Shown here: piece by piece, positions 36,071 to 48,750 of the stretch | Layout: every line of letters starts with the position of its first letter | Position numbering within the stretch: the first letter of the stretch is position 1 | Source: Mytilus californianus | Lineage: Eukaryota | DNA: 64,000 nucleotides | Assembly: GCF_021869535.1 (NCBI RefSeq) | Contig: NW_026262712.1 | Location: forward strand, 70,556,001-70,620,000 | Direction: 5' to 3' | The notes under the pieces: model-generated | What the model was told of the DNA's origin: nothing | The model's database searches: none | Seen by the model: only the letters and a program-made list of their open reading frames with translations | Made by a program: the position numbers and the translations under genes

Positions 36071-38115
36071 AAGTAAAACACACACGCACATACACATACT
36101 ATTACATTGAAGTGTTATTATTCACTCGGAACAAAGTTGTGAAGGGTTTACTATAACGGGCCGTCCGTACGTCCGTCTGCAACACAATTGTGAACGCTGT
36201 AGAACACGTGCTTTTTAGCTGACTTTTCAACACACTTGGATTACATATTTAGTGAAGAGGGTGTAACAACATGGAATTTGGTCAATAGATCGATGCCCAG
36301 CAATACCAATTGGTGAATAATAGGTAGAGATAACTTATTACATATTCCGCAGAACAGTGTGTTCTTCTAAGAGATATCATTACCCAAATCAAAACCCTGT
36401 GATAACGAAACCAAAATCAGTCGCGAACATTTTGAAACCAAAACGTGGTATATTTCACCGTATTGTCGCAGAGTACATAATGTAATGAGTACATAAAGGA
36501 GGCCGACAATCTGTAGAACTATGTGCCGTCCTTACCAAAAATGCGTAAAACATACTTTGCTTAAAACCTTTACTACTGAAGTTTACACAATTTTATCGAG
36601 AAAATTTGGAGGTCGTATTTTACAAAGATGAATTGAATATTCAAGCCCTTCGTTTATTTAGACTCAAATTAAAACAAATATTCAAACTATATTTCACAAC
36701 TACTAAGTAAAACATACATTCAGATGTGCATCTTGGAGAATACACTACTAGTAATATTCATATAAAAAAAATGTAATGACAAAATTATCAAACTACCACT
36801 TAAATTTAAAAAGGGGAAGTTCATCAAACTGTCGAAACCGAACGCTTGACTATATCAACCAATCATTTGCCGGACTTGGTGGATTATATCTGGTTTGATG
36901 GCTAGCCAAACCACCTACTTGTATGTTTTATATAGTCCCGTGATATTGATTGAATTTTGTGAGCAACCCTAACATACACAATTGGTTATTGTGACAATAA
37001 TTGGGATACAGCAGCCAAAATTATGTACATGTATGTTTGTAAACAAACATTATAGATATATAACATAGATAAATAAATAAGCAAAGAAAACATACGATAA
37101 GCACTAGTTTTTTTACTCACACACACTTTGCATTTTAACTGCCAGTATCGTTGTTTTTCGTATGTGTAGACTTTTAAAAGAAATGTCTAATACCATGAAT
37201 CAACTCTGTTAACAACTACTTTTAGGGCATATATATACAACTACAATCAGTATTGATTGACGATAGCCTTACAAGACATCGAACTTATTATATTGACAGT
37301 AAATGAAAATAACACAACATTTTTAATCAGCAGTGCAAAAGTTCATAACCTATTCAAAGTATAATCTTATGATCATATGTAATAAGGAAATATTTGACGA
37401 ATGATCTCGTCGCACAAGAAAACCCAAATCAAAACAGGTTAAAAAGGTCAAACTGCACTTAAAATGTCATCGAATTATAAAGTTGTGAATATAAAGGAGA
37501 ATAATGAAAAAATTACTAATATGCTTTTCACAGTAAAATTTGATATTAATAATTGTGCGTATAAGTATTTATACATGAATACATATGCAGGTAAAATGAA
37601 TGAAAACACAAAAGATAATAAGTAGAATATTACATGAAATAGATTCTTGTCCATGTTGAACTTGTTTGGCTACAAATGTAAAATATTTCCGCTCAATATC
37701 AATATCACCTGATATTAAAACACATATACTTATATGAAATATCGTATAAATAGTATTCACTAATACCACCACATGCACTAATACCGTAATTTCTACCTAC
37801 ACTATCGATTCGTGAGAAATTATAATTGTACGACTTTGCCCCCAGCAGAGCTATAGAAAAACAGTACATTAACGGGTGTTACACGGACACTTTTTAGATG
37901 ATACACGGACACTTTTAAGTTGTTACACGGACACTTTTTATGAATAGAATCACTCGTGCATGATCAGTGAGTTCATGGGCACTTTAAATTTCAATTAGAT
38001 TTGAACTTTTTGTTTCACCGACATATTTCCTGTCTTTTTAATTAAAAATATTTACGTTAGCATCAATAACTATATTTTTATTCAAACAATTCCAGTAACT
38101 ATTTATATTAGTACA

Positions 38116-38385
38116 CTAAGGGTTTGACCATTTAACTTCAAAAGGCCGGTTATGGTTTTTTCCTAAAAAAACACATTTTGATCCCCAATTTTATGAGAAA
38201 AAATATATAATGGTCAAGCAGATGACACTGAAAATAATGTTCTGGCTCCTGATTTTCCGAATACCGTATATAATAGTGCTGATTTCGAAAAATAAAATAT
38301 TTGGGCGATAGCGTTGAAAAACTAAATAATTTTCTTACTCAGAAAAGAACACACCCCCTTTTGAAGCTAAATGGTCGGTCCGTAA
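38116..38385. mobile_element. MITE of about 270 bp with imperfect TIRs of about 29 bp, nested in a larger degenerate element
   Basis: ctaagggtttgaccatttaacttcaaaagg versus ccttttgaagctaaatggtcggtccgtaa. The surrounding region has tacacggacactttt three times at about 37880-37940 and its inverse aaaagtgtccgtgta at about 38560-38575. Confidence 0.65.
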
Positions 38386-39005
38386 ATGTATTTTTTTTCA
38401 ATATATGGACATGAATAGTATTCTGGACAATGCTGAAAGAAATGCTGGTACCAACGTTTATATTTCAATAAAAAGACAGGAAATATATATATAAAAATCA
38501 AATCTAATCAAAAGATAAAATCCCTATCAACTCACCAATGCACGATTGATCCTATAAATAAAAAGTGTCCGTGTAATACATGTTCAAATATGCAGCAAAT
38601 CGTAAAGAAAATCATTCAACTTATGTCATCAATTTTGGACGGTAAGCTCTGATTGGATCATATAGTGACACGTGTTTAATCCTGATCAACACTATCAGAG
38701 ACATATAAAAACCTATAAGCATGAACATTTTTTTTTTAATCCAAAACATATGCCTATATATATATATATAATAACAAGACATGGACATGGCACATCCTGC
38801 ATTTTTTCAACAAAAAATAAAGTAATTAGATTCTTGAATTTTTTGAGAAAAAAACTCGGCTGAAGGGAAGTGAGAAAAAAAATTGAGTTTAAACTGTAAC
38901 TTAAAATAACTGGTATATGGCCATTTAAGTTTCTAATATCTTTAGTTTTGCTACCTCTTCTAAATGCAAAATGTACTTCTTCCTTCTTGAAACGTCGTAC
39001 AAGTC

Positions 39006-39188
39006 AGATACAAAACAAAGGTAACAAAAAACAGGCCGGAAACAACCTGCCGTATAGTTTGTCTGCACTTGTAGTCAGGTCAAGGTCCTCGGCTATCGCC
39101 TCGGACCTTGACCTGACTACTCGTGCAGAAAAACTATCCGGCAACGGTTGTTACCGGCCTGTTTCTTTGTTACCTTTGTATTGTATCT
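39006..39188. repeat. Long imperfect palindrome (foldback), arms of about 83-86 bp, 14-nt loop
   Basis: Left arm agatacaaaacaaaggtaac...gtagtcaggtcaaggtcc (39006-39088) pairs with ggaccttgacctgactac...gttacctttgtattgtatct (39103-39188). Confidence 0.92.
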
Positions 39189-39815
39189 AATACGTATCAA
39201 CTTTAAAATCTGCTTTGGGGCATATCAATGAAATACTTCAGTCTATATATACTTATATACACAACAAGACTAGTAATCACTAGTTCCGTTACAAAAGTGG
39301 ATACTGTGGGAAATTATCAGTATCCACCTTCTGATATTTATTATAAGTGCATATAAATAAATAATACAATGTCTATATATTTCGAATAACCCAAAACGAT
39401 TAGCATTATGTGTTTTGAATTTCCGAAAGCCATTTTTGCTTAGTCTAGTTTAGTTTAAACATATTTTATTTACTCAAAGTAAAATGTATTGGACACAAGT
39501 AAACCATACTTATGAAGTCCACTCCGAATAACAATAAATAACAATACAATATTAATATGAGCATGCAATAATTCAGAATATACAATACTTTACCAGTCTA
39601 TCTATTGAAAAAAGATAAAACAGTAATAACGTAAAAATTGGTAATGATGATGATGATGACGTGAATGTACCGCAAATACACTATTTCTACATAATAAAAA
39701 ATCTCTCAGACCTTTTAATAAACTCAAATACATGTTTAAATATATGGACGTTTTGTTCATACGAGAGGTTTGGATTACCAGATGTTAGTACCTTAACATT
39801 CAGTATAAGGTCATC

Positions 39816-40017
39816 AGGAAAAAGTTAAATCACAAAAATACTGAACTCCTAGGAAAATTCAAAACGGAAAGTCCCTAATCAAATGGCAAAATCAAAAGCA
39901 CAAACACATCAAACGAATGGACAACAACTGTCATATTCCTGACTTAGTACAGGCATTTTCTTATGTAGAAGATGGTGGATTGAACCTGGTTTTATAGCGC
40001 TAAACCTCTCACTTATC
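39816..40017. mobile_element. Family R4 repeat inserted into the C-terminus of the CR1 ORF2
   Basis: Removing it rejoins ...NNLRWL with PDDLILNVKVLTSGNPNLSYEQNVHIFKHVFEFIKRSERF. Confidence 0.8.
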
Positions 40018-42812
40018 TTAGCCATCTTAGATTGTTCATCAGAATTTCTCTCTGGTGTGTATATAAAGAACAGTCGAAGAGGAAATGGTGTACAGTCTCA
40101 ATGTTGCATCCACAAAAACAAAATGGGTCAGCATTTATATTGACTCTAAACAAGTCATAGTTCAAGAAATATGAATAGCATCTGAATTGTGTTAGAATTA
40201 TATTTAGTTTCCTCGGTCCATATAGATAGTGCTTAGGTACATCTTTATTTGTAGTATTTAGCCTTTTTAATTGGATTTTAAACTTTAAGATAGAGTCTGA
40301 TTTTTGAAGGGACAAATCGGTATGATTCCATAGTCTAATAGTTGATTGTATAAAAGATTCTTTAGTAAGAGATAATCTACAAAAAGGAACAATGATATCA
40401 TTGCCATTTTGCAAGGGATACTAGTATACAGTTGTGCTCTGTACACTAGGTGGAACAAGATTACACAGATAATCGGGAGCTTGCTTATATTGAATGTTAT
40501 AAAACATTTGTAATTTTCGTCTTTTCCTCCTGTCAGCTAAAGTTTCCCACCCAACTTCCTCATACAGATTTTTAGATTTTGTAAATACTGGCAAACCGGT
40601 AACTATTCTAGCAGCTTCTAGTTGCAGACTTTCAAGTTTATTAGCATATCCTATCCCACAATTATCCCGGACTTAGTTGCATAATTCAAAAATTGGTCTT
40701 ATAAATACTAAATAGAATTTTGTAAGTTTTTACTACAAAGTTGATACTTGAGTTTTCTCAGTATATTTAAATGTTTCGTAACACCAATAATCAGATTGTC
40801 TATATGACTATTCCACCGAGCATCAGAGCAAAAAGTTACCCCAAGGTGTTTGTGAAATTTTGTAATAGGGATTTCTTTATCATTTAAGCAGAATTTTAGA
40901 TCTGGTGCGTCATTATTTGAAAACATCATTATTTCTGTTTTGTCTGGATTAAAAGTCATAAGCCACCTTCTTGACCATTCGTTCAGCTCTTCGAGGTCAC
41001 GACCAATAACAGTTTTTAAATGTTCTTCGTCGTGGCCCGAGTAATTAAACGAAGTGTCATCCGCATAGAGTCTGGTCAAGGATGTGAGTTTTTCTGCAAT
41101 GTCATTTATATATATTATAAATAATAAGGGACCAAGTACTGAACCTTGAGGTACTCCAGCTGAAAGACTGCAAAATGAGGATGATGATTTATTAATCACA
41201 ACTTTTTGTTTCCTATCACAAAGATAACTCTCAAACAAGTTAAGTAAATTATCATGTATTCCGTAAGCTTTCATTTTATGCACGAGCCATCTATGCCAAA
41301 CCTTGTAAAAGTCTTGAAAAATCGCAAAAGACAAACAATTTATTTCCTTCTTTTCTAGTGAGTTAAGAATACAATTATACATTTCTAGTAGCTGATGTAC
41401 AGTTGAGTATTTTGGCAAAAATCCAGACTGATATTCATAAATTAGCTTATTCATATGTAGATGATTATATACATGTTTAAAAACAATTCGTTCCATGATT
41501 TTACCTACACAGCTTATTAAAGAGATTGGCCTACAGTTTGAAGGTAATAACGAATCACCTTTTCAAAAATAGCAATAACATTTGCAATCTTCCAGCTAGA
41601 AGGATACTAACATTGTTGAAGAGATTTATTTAATATTATTTGTAAAGGAACCGCCACTTTCTTAGGGCAATTTTTCAGCATTCTGTGACTAATTAAATCT
41701 GGTCCCGATGCCTTATCCGAATCAATAGTTTTTATAATATAAATTTTTTCATTTTGATTTATTTATATATCTTGAATATAAGAATTTGTTTTTTTCTTTT
41801 AACTCTGGAACAGGAACATTTTCTTTCTCGAGTTTGGATATCAAACCAAATTATTTGTTCAACAAGTCGCACTTCTCACTATCCTCATAAACTATGTCAC
41901 TGAAATCCTCATTGTTTATTATGTTTTGTATAGGAGGAATATTATTTGAACTCTTATTCGACTTTATTAACATTTACATTATTTTCCAATAGTTTTTTGA
42001 ATTTGGGGCATTACTCAATATAATGTTATCTAAATTAGTTTCAATTCTTTCCTTAGCAAGTTTTTTTAAATTGTTAACTCTGTTTCTCTGTTTCTTGTAC
42101 TTCACAATATCCGATTTTCTTTTATATTTCAGGTCATATTTTTTAAAACGGTCTCGTTTTCGAATTTTTCTTTTTAATTCACCATTAAACCATGGTGTAT
42201 CAGAACTACATATAGTAACTAATTTAGTTGGAATGCACTCCCTCGCGATATTTTAGAATGTTTTAGTAAAGATTCCAGATAGTTCATCCACATCTTAATT
42301 ATCAGGAAGCAGTGCATTCCAGTCAACGTCGTCCATTTTTTAAGAGAATTTAACAGTGTCAACTTTTTCATAAGTCCAAACTTCTTTTTTATACGAACGT
42401 GTAATAGTTGTCAGACACTCGAGAAAAATGATTGGTGCATCGTAAATTAGTAGGCGTTGATAAAACATCTGAGACAAAGTGTCACTTAAAATAATTGGAT
42501 CGAGTAGTGTGCTACTGTGCTACTGTGATTTGTCACTCGAGTTGGTTTATCAATAACATTTCGTAAATAAAATATATTTAGAATTTCAATTAGTTTGTTG
42601 TTCTGCGTCTTGAATAAATCAATGTTCAGGTCACCCGTAATTACAATATTTTCATTGAATTGATAAGCCAATCCTATTGCATGATTTAAGCGTGTCATAT
42701 AATGACGTCTGTCTATTCGGGAGGTCGATAGGTATAACAGAGTAAGAATGGTTGTCTTTTAGCACGGATTTCAACCCAGAGAGTTGCATCTGATTGATTT
42801 TCAAGATAATTT

Positions 42813-43170
42813 CTTGCAATGACTGTGGTTTTTAATTTGATAGATGCTTTTGTTCTTTTTTGTAAATAATTGTTTGTTTTGATATTGTAACACAGTGATG
42901 ACTGTTGTACCCATATTTTGACTATTTTATTTGTAATGTCTGTTTTGTTCACGCATCGTTGTAAATATAACGGAATTTGATAAGACTGTCGTACAAGTGA
43001 GAGGTTTAGCGCTATAAAACCAGGTTCAATTCACCATTTTCTACATTTGAAAATGCCTGTACCAAGTCAGGAATATGACAGTTGTTGTCCATTCGTTTGA
43101 TGTGTTTTGTCATTTGATTTTGCCATGTGATTAGGGACTTTCCGATTGAATTTTCCTCGGAGTTCAGTAT
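42813..43170. mobile_element. Family R4 repeat of about 360 bp inserted into the CR1 endonuclease domain
   Basis: Removing it rejoins ...KEDIGILRR with NYLENQSDATLWVEI. T-rich junctions; no obvious TSD. Confidence 0.82.
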
Positions 43171-46100
43171 TTTTGTGATTTTACTTTTTTCTACGAAGAA
43201 TACCAATATCTTCTTTAACATAAATAAGGAGGCCGCGGCCAAAATTGGCACGATCTTTTCTGATGATTTTATTTGAAAATGAATTAAGCTCTATATCTTT
43301 GTCGCATATATTTGGATCTAAGTGTGTCTCTGTGATAGCTAAAATATCAAATTCGTCGCTGAAATTTTCTAGTAACTCTAGTTTATTCCTTATACTACGG
43401 GTATTTAAAGTGCATATTGAAATGGATTTTTCATTAGGACCTGAATTGGTTTCAATATTCCCAATAACTAGGATTAAGTGAAGTACAAAAAAAAAAAAAA
43501 AAGAAAAACTATGTCGATGTTTGGATTTACTGACTGTAGAAGAAAAAGTGAGCAGATTAAACAAGTGGACCGTAAGTTGGTTATCAATATTTCGTAATAT
43601 GAACTAGACCGACAGTCGAGAAATCTGAAAGTCTTTTTTCTTGTCATATGAAATGAACCTATGGCTACCCTGTAGTCTTCTATACTGTAACCCATTGGGG
43701 TTCAGTTTAGCAAATAAGTTACAGCAGAGTGCAGCTAAACGACCCAAGCATACATGTAAATACACACACAACACCATCATCATCATCATCATAGAAACAA
43801 AATGAAAAAATATATACAAAATAACACAATGTATGAACAAAATTGAAAGAGAAAAAATCAAATAGATGTGGGAAGTCATTTTTGGTGGATATGGGATTTA
43901 TATTTAAATACCATAATAAGGGATGATGGAGATAGTTTTACAACTTTCTTACTTTGAACATGTGGTAAATTTAAGATATATAAATAAAGCGAAATATGTT
44001 GAAGATAAAAATACAAATAATACTAATACCGCAACATGATTTTACTTCAAAATAATTGAATGACATATAAACGCAGAGTACATGTGAACCCAAACAAACA
44101 AATCCTACATCGCAGTTTATATCAACACTATTAATCAATTGTCCTGCTTTATTTTTGTTTTTTTACAAGAAAAAATGAAGCAAAAACCTTCTTATCAATT
44201 TAAGACTTGAGTTATAAAAAAAAGGATCGCAAATAGTTGGAATGAAAGTAAGTAAAACAGGTAATTTTTGTGTATTAACATAACTGATATTCATACAGGA
44301 ATGCTATTACCAAGCATGCTATTAACTGGTCTGAAATTACTTTTTTCACTGGACAAGTACAAAATTACATGACATACGATATAATCTGTTTATAAGAATA
44401 ACTTTAGTGTATATTCGCATTCAAAGGAACACGTTTTGATATATTTTTTTGAGACAGTCATCTATCAACCAAAACAACCCACAATAGAGAACACATTTTG
44501 ACTATAATAACTGTTGTCAATATCTTATAGAATACATTGTGTTGTTAGATTTACATGCATGAGTATGCATATATACACGTCTTCTTAAAATAGGTGATAT
44601 ACTTTTAAGTGTATGATTTTTTTTTTATATGCAATTATAAACTTTATGCTTTATAAAGGTTATTGGTGAATTAGCAAAAAGAAAATATCTTCATACAATT
44701 TTAATTGGTTATAAATATATAATTTTAAAGAAAAATACTTTCGAGAAGAGATACTGTTTAAAATATTTTTGAACGCTTTGACAGTTTCTGTCGCATAATC
44801 TAATAGTATTAGGCCGGATGGTTATACAACGAACGGGATGTTCTATTGATTTGTTTTGATAAAATTTAGCACAACTATTGATTTAATATGTTGACTTTCA
44901 TTAAGAATGAAACCACAGATTCACAAACAATTATGAACAAAAAAAGTAGCAATATACACATGATCTCCACATGGTCAGAGAAAAAAGATGAACTTATGGT
45001 CTTTCTCCAGGAGTCGGTTCACTAGCTTGTGTCACGGGTAGATCATCTTGGTCTCCCATTGGACGCTGGAGAGCATTAATGTCCTCTCACTCATTAATTA
45101 TTTTATTCCTGCTATTTTCGGTTCTTTTGGCAAATATTTTTCCATCAGCAGTCCATTAGGCAATTATGTTACTATTATATTTCATCTGGGCTAATGTTTG
45201 TACAAGCGTGGTTCTAAATTTGGTCAAATTTTCCGTGATAAATGTACCATTTTCATCATTTTTTAGTAATTTTTTATTGGAATAGACCAGATGTTTATTC
45301 CTGCACGAAACAAATCTTGCGATAACTTGGGATTTACCATTTCGTGGCTTCCCTATTACACTGGTCCTGCCAATGTCATTGATGTTGATGTCTAGATTCA
45401 ATTTATTTTGACAGATTTCAAGTATCAAATGATCAGTGTTAACTGGATGTTGGATTTGATCTTGACTATCAACAGGGACTGGTACATTATGAAACTGGTT
45501 CGTCTAGAATATTGCTCCTGATTTTCAAGTCGAGTCTCGAAATCTTTTGTTTTGTTGTATTGTGAATCGAGTTCCTTATCCTGCTCCTTAATTTGTTCGA
45601 TACGGTCTTTGCAACATTGTTCCATGTGGTGTACTTGAATAAACAGTTTACAAATGTTCTGATAGTTATTTGCTATTTGTTTTTCTTGACTGATTATTTT
45701 TTCAGACATGGGTTTTATTTGTTCCTCGACACAGGTTTTGACTTCTGCTTCAATAATTGGACTCAGAGCGTCGCTTAACTTTTGCGTCAGAACTGGTATT
45801 ATAGTGTCTAGAACCTCGGAACTGGACAGAGCTTCGAGAACTTTGTAAGCAACACTTTTATTCAGACTTGTAGGTTTTTTTTCAATGCCTCGCTAAAATC
45901 GTCGATAGAGTTGCGTCTACGGATTTGTCTAGTTTGTTGTTTTTGAGTACCTGGTAGGTTTTCAGGACTTTCAGGGTTACCTCGTTTACCACGTTTACCA
46001 GGGTTACATATTGAAGGAGTTGATTCTGGGTTTGGTTGTGAACATGTAAATAAACATTCTTGCTCAGTGTCATTGTTTTTACTCATGGCGGCATCCATTT

Positions 46101-46474
46101 TGTTTACTTCCATTGTGAGTAGTGTCCAAATGTTTTAAATGTGTAGGGAAATGCAACTTGAAATCTAACTTCACGCTAATATTCGCTTTATATTATCAGC
46201 ACTTATCTTAGTAATATAATATTACACCACCCATCAATAATATAACACTAAATTATCCCATTTTTGGGGAGGACTCGTTTAACCTGTCATTTCTGTTTGG
46301 CGCATGCTCAAAACTTTGGGTTTCCCAAACTATTTTTGACAGAAATTCCTTGTTTTAATGTATGGACGACCTGAATACCAAAACATATATAAAAATTAAA
46401 ATACTATACATTGTATTATTTTCATTTTCACTGGTCGTTTGCTATTCTTCATCCACTGATTATAGATATAACTT

Positions 46475-47590
46475 GTCGATTGTGCTGAAATGCCCATTAG
46501 AAGGGTTACGGTGGACCTAAATGCCAAAATACGCGTGAAAATTAAGTAATAGGCAATTTTGAAAAATGAAATTGATAGTTTGAATAATGGAATGAACAGC
46601 TGCGACCCCTCAGCCCCTAATTACAGATATACATTTTACGTCATTCGAAAGCTTATCAATAGAGGAACAAAAGGTATATAGTCAATATGTTCCGCAACGC
46701 CTATTAGATGAGTTACGGAGTACAGAAATGTCGAAATACGCCTGAACATTTAGAAATAGCTTATTTTGAATAATGGAATGGACTGCTGCGACCCTTCAAC
46801 CCCTAATTACAGAGAAACTGTATACGCCATTTGAAAGCTAATATCGATAGAGGAACAAAATGGTTATAATCAATATGTGCCGAAATGCCCATTAGAGGGG
46901 TGGATACGGAGGACCTAAATGCCAAAATACGCGTGAACATTAAAAAACAGCCAATTTTGAATAATGAAATGGATACTTTGAATAATTGAATGGACTGCTA
47001 CGACCCCTCAGCCCATAATTACAGATATACATTATACATCATTCGAAAGCTTATCAATAGAGGAACAAAAGGTATATAGTCAATATGTTCCGCAACGCCT
47101 ATCAGATGAGTTACGGAGTACAGAAATGTCGAAATACGCCTGAACATTTAGAAATAGCTTATTTTGAATAATGGAATGGACTGCTGCGACCCTTCAGCCC
47201 CTAATTACAGAGAAACTGTATACGCCATTTGAAAGCTAATATCGATAGAGGAACAAAATGGTTATAATCAATATGTGCCGAAATGCCCATTAGAGGGGTG
47301 GATACGGAGGACCTAAATGCCAAAATACGCGTGAACATTAAAAAACAGCCAATTTTGAATAATGAAATGGATACTTTGAATAATTGAATGGACTGCTACG
47401 ACCCCTCAGCCCATAATTACAGATATACATTATACATCATTCGAAAGCTTATCAATAGAGGAACAAAAGGTATATAGTCAATATGTTCCGCAACACCTAA
47501 TAGAAGAGTTACAGAGGACCTAATAGTCCAAATAAGCGTGAACATTAAGAAATGGCTTATTTTGAATAATGGAATGGACTGCTGCGAAAA
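46475..47590. repeat. Short satellite array with a dimeric higher-order structure (188 + 210 = 398 bp)
   Basis: Marker agaggaacaaaa at about 46661, 46849, 47059, 47247 and 47457. Alternate monomers are nearly identical and adjacent monomers are more diverged. Confidence 0.9.
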
Positions 47591-47599
47591 AAAATAAGT

Positions 47600-47702
47600 T
47601 TTCTATTTCATTATTCACTTTTCAACTTGAATACTGAAAAATAAACTATTTTATTATTCACTTTTCAACTTGAATACTGAAATATAAACTATTTCATTAT
47701 TC
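47600..47702. repeat. Tandem repeat of about 44 bp, about 2.3 copies (tcattattcacttttcaacttgaatactgaaa.ataaactatt)
   Basis: Read directly from the sequence. Confidence 0.8.
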
Positions 47703-48750
47703 AATATTGAAATTTGAATAAAGAAAAATGAATAATGGACGTACTTCAGCGCGGTGTGCTAGTCGGTAAGTTATGCAGGAAAGCTTATCGTTGTTAGAAA
47801 CCAGTTTACACCTATTGGAAATAATTCTAGCTTTAATCGAAATGTTAAATAGGTGACGTCCCGTTTTCCCCATAAACAATTAGGTTCCGAGTACTTGTTT
47901 TTATATTTAGAATACTTTTCAAAAATTTCAAATTAACTTTTTCAATTATAATTATCATTTTTCCCATAGCCACATACATCTGCACCAATAAAGGAGGATG
48001 GGCTTCAGAATTTTATCAAAAAAGTCTATTTGACATTTAATGAACAGATTATGTTTTCTGTGTTTTTTCAGTGCCCCGTGCATAGCTTTAGTTGCTTTTT
48101 GTGGCAAGTTTCCTCTTGATTTGCTCGAAGGAGCCTGACCTGCTCAGAACCGGTTCTAAAAAGTTAAATTCTTTGACCTTTTCGCCTACATCCTCATTAG
48201 AATTAGATTTCAATTTACTTTGTTGTCGTCGTTTAAGCAACGTTTACTTTAGGCTTCTACATATTACAGAATGTGTGAAAATTATTGAGTTTTTTTTTAA
48301 GATAATATTTTACTACACAAGTAAAACAGTACCGTCTGCTTACAGTAATACACACAATTTTAGATATATGGATAGAAAGTTATCGGAAATACTTTTCAGA
48401 ACATTTATTTTCTGTCTTGGTTCTTAAATATTGTTTCAGAATTTTAAGATATTTGACATAAATTAGCGAGTTATCCCTGCATCCATATTTTTTATTCCGT
48501 CTTAGATTACTTCATTTGTTCAATACTATCAAGCTTGTTAGTGTAGGTGAGGCAAAGAACAATCAATTGAATAAACTTCTTTTTCAATAAACATGCATAT
48601 GTATTCGTTGTATGAAAAACAATTTTGTAGATAAAAACAATGTTGTAGAAAAGGCAGTTTGTAGATAAAAACAAAATATCAGTCAATAGAAAATAGCAAT
48701 AAAGCAATATTATTAGAACTGTCAATAACAGTTTTGTCCATAATACATTT

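Larger units (their letters stand above)
39440..46300 (-). mobile_element. Decayed near-full-length CR1/L2-group LINE (ORF1, spacer of about 1.3 kb, APE-RT ORF2)
   Basis: ORF1 pieces at about 46113-45030 (coiled coil, LENQEQYSRR, DIGRTSVIGK, ENLTKFR). ORF2 pieces from about 43695 to 39700: ICTLNTRSIRNK, DILAITETHLD, YRPP, ITGDLNID, GVPQGSVLGPLLFIIYINDI, LYADDT, HLGV, CFCGCNIETVHHFLFDC. 3' tail AATAAA...aaactaaactagact at about 39440-39470. Many frameshifts; the 5' boundary is approximate. Confidence 0.88.

Noticed and set aside
48100-48260. Minus-strand open frame of about 51 codons (TLLKRRQQSKLKSNSNEDVGEKVKEFNFLEPVLSRSGSFEQIKRKLATKSN*)
   Set aside because: No start, no in-frame splice acceptor and no recognisable family; too weak to call.
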